This document shows, in pieces, positions 24,416 through 35,600 of a stretch of 42,722 nt of DNA. The position numbers were made by a program, and so were the translations under genes. The DNA comes from Octopus bimaculoides (Eukaryota): NCBI RefSeq assembly GCF_001194135.2, contig NC_068985.1, forward strand, positions 29,741,188-29,783,909, given 5' to 3'. Position 1 is the stretch's first letter. Every line of letters starts with the position of its first letter. Under the pieces are notes generated by a model. The model saw only the letters and a program-made list of their open reading frames with translations. It was not told the DNA's origin and did no database searches.

Positions 24416-24441
24416 TGATGATGATGATGATGATGATGATA
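24378..24441. repeat. (AAT)n-(GAT)n compound microsatellite
   Basis: Seen directly. Confidence 0.95.
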
Positions 24442-26129
24442 ATTATAGTATAAATAATAAGAATTTTTTAATTTTTTAATTAGAATAATTATTTATGGCA
24501 ACAAAAGTGAATTTCAATAGCTTTATAGGCTGGGGGGTATCTGGGTAGGTAAATATGAATAAAAAAAAAGAAAAAAGAAAAAAGGAAAAAGTGAGCAAAG
24601 ATCCATGAGGGTATGTGTAGACAGACAGTTGATAATGTAACTGTGTGAGATGCATGAACAATTGAAAAGCTGTGTTGGATGCATGGGTAATTTATGCTGG
24701 AAATGAATGTGAGATTAAATGGGTGTGAGGCTGGCTGAGTAGCAAAACACGAAAGCAGATGAATGTTGGTAGTCAGCTGGAAGTGGGGTATGTAACAACG
24801 GTATATAAGAGGAGATTACAAGGGAAACTGTATAAGATGGGCAAGTAGTTGTCTGTGTGTATAGGTAGGTAAGCTTGTTGCAAATGAAAAAAAAAAAAGA
24901 AAATAATGAAGAAAATTATATAATGCATCATATAAGATGAATTTTTAAGTTCTTAATGAAATTATATTTCAAATATTTCTAGCTTGAAACAACCCCCAAA
25001 TTATATCAGATCAACATTTAAAAAGATTATCTTACATAATATATATATATATATATATATATATGCATGTGTGTACTGGAAACTGAAAATTTCTCAAATC
25101 ATTGCATCAAGTTTCTTGTTTCCAATCTTTGGACAAAAGGAAGAAACTAGAACGTTTGGAAGATAATTAAAGGTAACTATAAACAAATAAAAAGAAATCA
25201 AAACGAATATATACACACACATACACATAGATAAATATATATATACATACATAAGTTGATATGTATAAGCATATGTATATATATATATGTATGTATATAT
25301 TATATATCTATATTTATATGTATGAGTGCATGCAAGTGCGTAAGTGTAAGTGAGCATAAAAATTTGTATAATATATATATATTACATAACACTCCATGGA
25401 ACATATGAATTTATTAATTCTATACAAGAAAGTATTTGCAGTTTTGTTCTAAAACAAAGCTTTGAGATGGTTATAACTATTTTAAAGAGGACATTGGAAT
25501 CTGACTCATGAAGCCTTGTAATTTAAACCTGGTTGGGTCTCATCCAGTGCCAATATAGTCGTACAATCAGAAACATTTGAGTCCCCCCGCCCAATCTGAC
25601 TATTTATATATTTTACTACATGGTTCTGGCAGCATGGAAACTGAATGAGAGCTAGCAAAAATTGAAATCAAAATCTCTCAGTTGTCAGATGGTTTATGTT
25701 TTTCTCTATAAAAAATAGATGGCTGCTATAACCCCCAAAATTATTTTAGAAGACTAGAAATATTATATTTGTCAAATTCATTATCTGGAGAGAAATGGGT
25801 GTGGGCAGGGTCGGTAGCTGGTAAAGGAAGGAGAGAAAGAAAGAGGGAAAAAGAAAGAGAGAGGAGGAAACACAAAGGGTGGGGTATGTGTGCTGGGGAT
25901 GGAGTCTGTCCATCAATGAGAAAATAATTATATATTCTATTGTTTGACCTCCTCACCACCACCTCTACCACAACCATCTTCCTCTTTTCCTTCACCACCA
26001 ATTCCACCACCCTCCACAACACACTGAGGTGTTGTATTGTTATTGTTTCTATTGTTATTTTTCCACTTTTTCCACTTATTTTTAATTTTTGATTTATTTA
26101 GTTATTATTTTTTTTTTGTTTTGCAATAT

Positions 26130-26313
26130 TTATTCGATGACTTCAAGGTATTCTGTAGATCCGGTAAATTCTACAGTAGCATTCAGTGGCTGAGCTTCAT
26201 CCTCTGGTACAGAAGGATCATTGGTGGAGACGCTGCGGAGGGCAGTACAGATCTCAGAGAAGGCTGGGCGGTCATCAGAGTCTTGCTGCCAACATCGTAA
26301 CATCAGTTGGTAA
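26130..26313 (-). CDS. RTK terminal exon M: subdomain XI and C-tail (YQLMLRCWQQDSDDRPAFSEI...LNATVEFTGSTEYLEVIE*)
   Basis: Lies inside ORF 26130-26414; acceptor cttccttctccAG; stop TAA at 26130-26132. Confidence 0.92.
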
Positions 26314-26636
26314 CTGGAGAAGGAAGAAAAAAAGAGAAAGTTTTTAAAAAAATAAATAAGACAAGAAAAAGTAAATAAGAAACAAAAAAAATTTCTGGTT
26401 TCAAATTTTGGCACAAGGCCAGCAATTTTTAGGGGATAGGGGATTAGTTGATTACATGGAGCAACCCAGAGCTCCCAGTGTTCAAATGGTACCTTATTAT
26501 AACAACCCTGAAAGGATGAAAGGCAAAGTCGACATCAGTGACTTTTGAACTCAGAACATAAAGTGTAGGAAGAAATACTATTAAGCATTTTGACTGGTGC
26601 AGTAACAACTCGGCCAGCGTGCCACCTTTGATTTTG

Positions 26637-26674
<38 letters not shown>

Positions 26675-29600
26675 CGTCGTCTCCTTCATTGGACACTAAA
26701 CTCGGCTTGTGAAGACCTATTGGGGCAAGCGAAAGCGAAATCGTGATGGCACCTGTGCCCAGTGTCGTCTTCCTGGGACTTGTACTGGTGGTACGTGTAA
26801 AGACATTCGAGTGAGATTGTTGCCAGTGCCGCTGGACTGGTTCCTGTGCAGGTGGCACGTAAAATACACCATTTTGAGCGTGGCCGTTGCCAGTACCGCC
26901 TGACTGGCCTTTGTGCTGGTGGTATGTAAAAGCACCCACTACACTCTCGGAGTGATTGGCGTTAGGAAGGGCATCCAGCTGTAGAAACTCTGCCAAATCA
27001 GATTGGAGCCTGGGGCAGCCACCTGGTTCACCAGTCCTCAGTCAAATCGTCCAACCCATGCTAGCATGGAAAGCGGACGTTAAACGATGATGATGATGAA
27101 TAATAACCCAAAGTAAGGAAACCTTACTAATGACAGTTAGGAACGAGGGAGTATTGAGAGCAGAGAAGAAAGGGAAAACAAAGGAAGAAGAATTACGCAG
27201 GAAGGGACTACACAATCAATTCTATGTAGCCACAACAGAAGTTGCTGAAAAAAATAGGTGGCATGCATGTGTGTGTGTGTGTGTGTGTGTGCACGTGCAT
27301 AAATGTGTATTTGATCTTTTACTTGTTTCACTCACTGAATTATAGTTGAACAAACAGATCACAGTACTTAAGTCAGATATTTATTTTGTCAGTCTCCTTG
27401 TTGCTGAATTGCTATGTTACTGATTGTCAATTGATGGAGGTGCAACGATGCACATCCACATACACACATAGATAAATATCTGATGGGCTTCCACACAGCT
27501 TCTGCCTACCAAATTCTCTTTCAAGGCATTGGTCAGCCTGGAGCTATAGTAGAAGAGATTTGCCCAAGGAGCCACATAATGACATTGAACCTGGAACCAT
27601 GTGACTATATAAATATTTTCTTTGTCCACTACAGGCATCTTACCTCAACTATAAGGAATTATTATGACAACAATAACGATGGAGTAAAGGGAGTGGTGGT
27701 AGTACAGGTTTGAAGCAAATGTTGGTACTTACATGAATTCTGGGCAATGTTTTGGCTTCTGCATACGTCGTCCACTCTGCAAGTAGCTATGCACATCCCA
27801 AGGTACAACATCTGGGTAAGGGGTAACACCTCGGGTAAGCAGTTCCCACAAAACCACTCCATAAGACCACTGCAATGATGATATGTTGATAGATTAAATC
27901 ACATACACACACACACACACAAAGACACATAAACACAAACACTTATGATAATGTTTCAGTCAATGAAAGACTTCTACACAGCTTCTTCACATATTAGAAA
28001 AAGCCATTGAATTCCTTCAAAATATACCCTACCATCTTTAAAAAAAAGGTAAGAGACATACTGAATAACGCACTCCTAGATACAGAAAAAAGATACATTC
28101 ATACACACACTAGTATAAATGAGCGTATATTTGTGTGTATGTGTGTGCATGTGTGTGTATACCTCACCACTACATATATGCAATGCATGTGTCTGCAGAA
28201 ATATGTACACACACATACACAAGAACGATATCCAGCAGTAGAAACTGAGCCAAAGCTGAGATACTGTAGAAAAATGTAGTCTTTTCACTTGTTGCATCTA
28301 GTTCAAAAGTCATGTCAGCATAAAAAGTGGATGTGAAATGATGACGATGATAATGATGGTGGTGGTGGTGAGATAATCAAGTACATATGTATGCAGGCAT
28401 TTGTAGCTATGTGTGTCTTTATATTGGTTTCAAATTTTGGAACAAGGCCAGCAAGTTCAAGCGGGTGGGGTAAGTCAATTACATCAACCCCAGTGTTCAG
28501 CTGGTACTTCTTTTATTGACTCCGAAAGGATGAAAGGTAAAGTCAACCGCGGTGGAATTTGAACTCAGAACATAAAGATGAATGAAATGCCGCTAAGCAT
28601 TTTACCCAGAGTGCTACCAATTTTGCCAGCTCCCTGCTTAAGAAACACTTAACTTTCACAAGTAGTGTGGCAGTATTATACAATTTATGAGTGCTTTGCT
28701 AACTCACAGTCTTGCGTTCAATTCCACCTATGGGAACTGAACACACAATTATCCATACATACAGAAGAGTACTTGTACTTATAATACTTGTGCTGGTGTT
28801 CAACCAGGATGTGTCAAAACCATCTTCAACCAATAAATCTCCAGTATTGCAAACAGAAGATGCTAACGTTTAGCAATCACACATGCCTAATGTCAATGTT
28901 ATCAACCAGTTTCTGATTCCAACATTGGATACCATGTATGCAAGGATCAGATATCAATTCAAGATCTGATTTAATTGTATTAATCAATGTTTTCGAGTAA
29001 CCCCTTTGCTGTTTCAGGAGAGGGCACTCAGCTTGATGGCATCTCATAGTGATAAAGATATCAAACAAGAAAAAAAGGGAAAAGATGGTGCTTCAGCATG
29101 GCCTTGGCTGTGAAACAAGCTAAAGAATTAAAGAGCTTACCACATCAGTCTGGGTGCTGAAGACAAAGTGTTCCACACTCTCAGGTGCCATCCATTTCAC
29201 TGGTAACTTGGCAGTGTGGTCCTCGGTGAAGTAGAAGTCCTTGCTGAACAGTTCATTGGTCAGGCCAATGTCAGTGAGTTTTACCGTTTTATAATCACAC
29301 AACCTGATGGGTAGACAAGAGAGAGTAAGTGAGTGAGATGATATCAGACTGAGAGAGAGAGAGGGAGACTGATGGGAAGATAGAGTGACACAGAGAAAGG
29401 AAGTTAATCCTGGAAGGATGAAAGGCAAAGTCAGCTTGTGTGAGTCAACTCAGAAGATGGAGAGATAGCTAAATACCATAAGGTATTTTGACCAACACTC
29501 CAATTTTGATTAAGCAATAATGATGGCAATGATGGAGGTGGTGGTGGTGATGATAATGGTAGTGATGGTAATGATGATGATTGTGATGGTGGTGCAGATG

Positions 29601-32600
29601 ATGATGATGATGATTATAATATTGATGATGTTGATGATGATTAAAGTTATACTTACAAACAATTTCTTGCAGCCAAATTGTGATGTATGACCTTCAGTTC
29701 AGATAAGTAGGTCATTCCTTCTGCCACTTGGAGACCATAATCTAATAGAGTGCACACTGACAATGACTGGCAACAAAGAGAGAATTGAATAGGGAGGTTA
29801 AGGTTCAGGCATACACTCACTTGTTTTTAACTAAAAAAAGCTTAATTGTGGAAGGAAATTTTACAACAAAAACAATTTAAAGAAACAAAATTTTATAAAA
29901 GTCACTTACTTTGCTGGAATCCCTAATGTGGGTGCGGAGGTCTACTGTTTCCATATAAGGAACAACAACCACAGGATCATCACTGATGGTCAAGCAGACA
30001 CCAAATATTGGTAGGACATTCTTATGCTGGAGTTCCTTAAACACCAATGAATCCCTCAGAAACTGTTGTAGAGCCTTCTGGTCAGTGTTAGTACCTGTGG
30101 TAGCAGGAATCAGAGAAAGAGTGTTTTAAAGTAATCTAAATTAAAACCATTCACCAAAATTTCATATTAATTCATGTTCCAAACACCAGTTTAATAATCC
30201 TTTCAGCTATAGGCGCAAGTCCTGTAATTTTGGGTGCAGGGGCTCAACAGGTACTTATTTCATCGACCCCCAAATAGATGAAAGGTAAAGTTGACCTTAG
30301 AAACATTTGAACTCAAGACATACACTACTTTATTAGTAAAGTTATTTTAGTAAATTTATCATTATTCTTTTTTTTAATGAATTAAAACAAAGGTGGCGTG
30401 TACTTCAAGAGAAATATGGTAATATAATAACTTAAACCATATCATCATTTAATGTCCGTTTTCCATGCTGGCATGGGTTGGACGGTTTGACTGAGGTATG
30501 GAAAGCCCACGGCTGCACCAGGATCCAATCTGATCTGGTGCAGCCGCGGGCTTTCCAGATCTCAGTCAAATCGTCCAACCCATGCCAGCATGGAAAACGG
30601 ATGTTAAATAATGATGCTGATGATGATAAGAGTTAAGCTGTATTTCATTAGAAAATGGAAAACTGGATCAAAGCCAGACAAGAGAGACAGACTGATGATG
30701 ATACATATTTGAGGTCAACCAATTAGCAAACAAAATAAATTGGCATAGATCAAAGAGAAATTATGGAAAATTCAAAGAGGAGAAAACTCCCAGATGAATT
30801 GATTCTAATGCCATAAATGGATCAATTTTAAAATAACAGAGTTGACACGAAGATTATAGATTAATAAGGTTTAAAGATCATACATGACTCAACTAAAAGA
30901 TCTTGTTTTGCTGTATTTGAAGTTTTTAAAAAATACTTAAGATGGAGAAGAGCAGCATCCCAGACTAACAAAGTGGTCGAGGTTGACTTGACCTTTTGTA
31001 AGTGAATGGTTACAGAGAAAAAAATATAATAAGGAAATTCTAGACCGAAGATGTTCTGGGAATGAATGACTGGGCAAAGTGTTTAGTATGGTGTTTGGAG
31101 AGTCAGTAGCAATAATAAGAAGAAAGTTTGGCATGCTGTGTAGAGTAGGTATGTAGTTTACTACTACAGAAGCATTGTAACTGCAGTATAAGATGGTGGG
31201 AGAAGAAACACCATATCTGTTAGTCTTTTGTCATCTCCCAATTTAATTGGCAATGGGTCTCTTTTTCACAAACCGCCAACAGGTTGTAAGGGATCCACCA
31301 GCATACTTTACATGTGTGCGTGTATGCACACACACACACACACACAAATATACATAAATGTACAATATTGCATGTATAATTTATAAAATTAATTTACCTT
31401 GCAAAGACTTGACAGCAACAGTCATAGGTGGTTCACTGTCACATTTAGTAAACTGGGCCTTGTATGCAACACCAAAGTTACCTGTTGTGAATGAAAGTTA
31501 ATATTGCAATGGACATGTGTCTAACATCGAAATCACAGAAAATATTAATATAAGGGAGTTTTGAATTAAAGAGACAAATTTATGATGGTTTCGTTTTTTA
31601 AGTAATATAGACTGAATGTATATAAATAGGAAAGAAAAGAATAAAAATAAGTTATTTAGTCCCAAGTCAGCACTATGATCAAAGCTAATCTAGATATGAT
31701 TATCTTATTTTCTTTTTGTACAGTGATTTAAGGGAAATTTGGCTGTTGTTTCTGTCATGTTGAACAACCATGTAAAGGTTCTCTTCTGGGCTTGTGTGTT
31801 CATATCCTATCACCACCAGCACTAGCACTCTAAATAATAGTCACTGTTATCTCAGTAGCAGAGTTTGCTCAATAACAGTCAGAAAAACTCTGATAATTAA
31901 CTATTTCAGTAACAATTGCAAGAATTATCCCAGTAACAGATAGTTATCCTAGCGAAAGAATTTCTCTGGTAATACTCAGAACTATAATAATGAGTTACTC
32001 CATTAACAAAGTTATTTCTTTAATAATCTCATTTACCTCAGCATTAACTTGTGATCCCAGTCAGCAGTTAGAGTTATCTCCTAGTGACATTATACAGCAT
32101 ACCATTTAACAAGAATTATAGCAATAAAAAAAGTTATAGGCTGAAAAGGGTTATTGTGGAGGCTTCCCTTCCTTCTCTGACTAAACCACCAGCACCTCTG
32201 ATCCTATGTTTGGTTGATTGGGACTAACATAAGGCTAAACAATGATAATACCTTCTAGATAACCATACAGTAGTCAAACTAATTCTATCATTCACGGGGC
32301 CGACCTGTCCGAGATGCGGGCGGAGCGACGAAACCGTTCTGCACGCACTCGTACAATGTCCCACCATTTCCGAGCTGTCGGCTTACGTCGAACAACTGCT
32401 ATCGCGTGTGGGACGAGTCGGTCTATCAGCCGAGTCTATCGTGAATATTGTCGCGCCTCCTTCTTTTAAATGGGAAGGAAGAGCTATTTTCATCGTACTT
32501 GTGGCTATGGCGAAAGAATGTGTATGGTGGACGCGTCTGAAAGGTCTAGANNNNNNNNNNNNNNNNNNNNNNNNNNNNNNNNNNNNNNNNNNNNNNNNNN

Positions 32601-35600
32601 NNNNNNNNNNNNNNNNNNNNNNNNNNNNNNNNNNNNNNNNNNNNNNNNNNNNNNNNNNNNNNNNNNNNNNNNNNNNNNNNNNNNNNNNNNNNNNNNNNNN
32701 NNNNNNNNNNNNNNNNNNNNNNNNNNNNNNNNNNNNNNNNNNNNNNNNNNNNNNNNNNNNNNNNNNNNNNNNNNNNNNNNNNNNNNNNNNNNNNNNNNNN
32801 NNNNNNNNNNNNNNNNNNNNNNNNNNNNNNNNNNNNNNNNNNNNNNNNNNNNNNNNNNNNNNNNNNNNNNNNNNNNNNNNNNNNNNNNNNNNNNNNNNNN
32901 NNNNNNNNNNNNNNNNNNNNNNNNNNNNNNNNNNNNNNNNNNNNNNNNNNNNNNNNNNNNNNNNNNNNNNNNNNNNNNNNNNNNNNNNNNNNNNNNNNNN
33001 NNNNNNNNNNNNNNNNNNNNNNNNNNNNNNNNNNNNNNNNNNNNNNNNNNNNNNNNNNNNNNNNNNNNNNNNNNNNNNNNNNNNNNNNNNNNNNNNNNNN
33101 NNNNNNNNNNNNNNNNNNNNNNNNNNNNNNNNNNNNNNNNNNNNNNNNNTTTTTTTTTCTCTCGATCCCTTTTGATTGACACCCACCCCTACTTTTTTTC
33201 TTCTCTATTTTTCTTTTTTTTCTTTCCTTTCCCCTCCCAAAAAGAAAAGCTCTACATTGTATTCGTCCCATCTTTGTTGAGCCCTGTGTGGCTAATAACA
33301 GAAATGTAATTCTACCATTCTAATGCTTACCTTTACCAAGGAGTTCTCCAATGTCTAGCTTGTTTCGTGTAATGAGAAGTTCTGTTATTTGTTGTCGTTC
33401 CTGTTCATCATCGAAGCTGGCCAGGAGTTCACTGATGTACTGTGAGGAATCTAATGAAAACAGTTGAAAAAACAGAAGAGGCCATAAAACGAATGAATAG
33501 CAATTTCTAATTTTGGTCCAGGGTCCATACATTTGGGGGCAAATAATGTAGTTGATTAATTAACCCCAGCACTTGACTTAATTTATTCTATTGATCCTAG
33601 GGGAATAAACCACAAGGTTGACCTTGGCAGAATATATCACATACACAGACAGATGACTGTATACATACACATATTAAGACCACACACATATGTTAATGAT
33701 CAGACACATGCAAATGACTTTCACATTAGCATGATTTTGTACAGATCAACCAACTCACACTGGCACACACACACCAGATGCTCTCATCACATATATTACA
33801 TTCCAAGACTCATAGTTGTGAATTAACTGATTGATTGATTGATTGATTGATTGATACATACACACACACACACATGCATATACATACATACAAGCAGAAG
33901 TGTAAATATATACTTGGAAAGACACATGCACAAATATTGACAAGTGGGGAAACATTCTGTTTAAAAGCATCTTTTCAGTGTGTATGAAGTGTAACATTAT
34001 GGATTTCATATTATTGTGTTGCTGTTGATTTGCATGGACATAAAGAGAAGATGGTAGAGAGAGAGGGGGGGAGGGAGAGTGAGAGGGAGAGAGAGAGATT
34101 TTTGAGAGATGGCAAAGAGAGAGAGAGAGATTGTTGAGAGATGGCAAAGAGAGAGAGAGAGACATTTTTGAGAGATGGCAAAGAGAGAGGGAGATTTTTG
34201 AGTGACGGCAAAGAGAGAGAGAGAAATGGAATGTTGCATACATCCGCAAATAAACATAAACTCATAAACCCTGACACATACAATGCCAGACACCTACCCA
34301 TCGTACCAGCTGACATGTGGTTCATCCCAATGGCTTCATTTTCTTTCTTGCCCTCATAGTCCTTGAGTACATCAGGGATATAGTTGTCGCTGGGATCATG
34401 CTTCATATGGCGCCTCACTACACATACTGTCAACAGGATGATGATTGTCAGCATCGGCAGAGCCACACCAAGGATTATGCCAAGGGCTATAGGTCTTTCC
34501 CCTTCCTGCTCCTCGTAGTAGCTCAAGTAACCAATGTCTGACTTGTACTGACCAATATGGAGCTAGAGAAGGAAGAAGAGAAAGAAAGAATTTTTTTTAA
34601 AAATGACAATTCGGTTAACTCACCATTAGGATGTGAGGCAGGGTATTATTTGAGGGCTGGTGGTAAGAAAAATGAATCCTAACAGAGGTAGTTTATGGCA
34701 TTTGTAGGCATGGATGTACCGGTGTCTTGGTTCTGCAGTCCTAAGAAAGAGCTAAACATCACTGTCTTAAAGCCTTTGTTGCCTTATTTCCGATGAAATG
34801 CACTACTTTTGCTTTAATAAATTTTGAAAATGATGAAGGATTTAGAAAAACAACTTTGTCATTATTAAGCTGGTGTTTGGAACATGAATTAACATGTCGG
34901 AGGGAAGGTTTAAATTTACATCGCTTTGAAACGGGAAGTTTGTGTCTTAGAACCTAGGGTGGTCTCAGGCAGGTTGGTATCAAAGGGTTAAGACAGTTGA
35001 GAGAGGAGTTTAGATACAAGTGGAGGTATTTTAATAAAATGAAAATTTCAAGGTGTCTTTTTCTATTTTATATGCATTTTTTTTTTACATATTAGTTTAG
35101 GTGAGATTTTATCTTTGTACAATATTTTTCACAGCTGAAGTTTCCTTCCCAATTGTAAAGCACTCATCAGTCAGGTGAGACTGGGACTTGTCATCTAGGT
35201 AGAATGAAGTAAGCAGGGTGACATGCTTTCTGCAGGAAGGTCGATCTTTGTGATGTGCTTTTTTGGAATAATTGCTGATCTGTAAAGTAAGAATGCAATC
35301 TGTTTTGCCATCTAGCTAGACAGAGGCTTACAGAATAAAGTACCTTATCCAGAGGCAATGGCGACTTAAATGGGTAGAAAGTTTATAAAAGAAGTATTTT
35401 TGAAGAATTGTTAAAAGAAGTTTTCAAAAAAAAAAAAAAAATTGAGGAATAAAGGCTTGGATTTGTAGGTTTAGAAAGTAAAAGATGAGTTGACTTACCA
35501 CTACAGGGGCATTGCCTTCTTTGTCAACACCACTTGGTGAAGAAGGGGGGGTGCACATCAATGCTGTGTCATGTGGTTTCAGATCAGTGCATAGACTGTT

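Noticed and set aside
31830-32100. AGTAAC/ATAACAG-rich stretch (similar texture at 9700-9900)
   Set aside because: Degenerate low-complexity sequence with no definable unit, ORF or termini.
1883-33309. Long ORFs in the track that span N-runs (e.g. 6372-7202, 11392-12315, 22120-22933, 32383-33309)
   Set aside because: They are open only because N codons are not stops; the flanks show no protein-like signal.
34011-34297. Read-through of the TM exon into the intron as a kinase-less isoform
   Set aside because: The frame stays open mainly because the TC-rich minisatellite lacks stops; the product is low complexity and a good donor is present.
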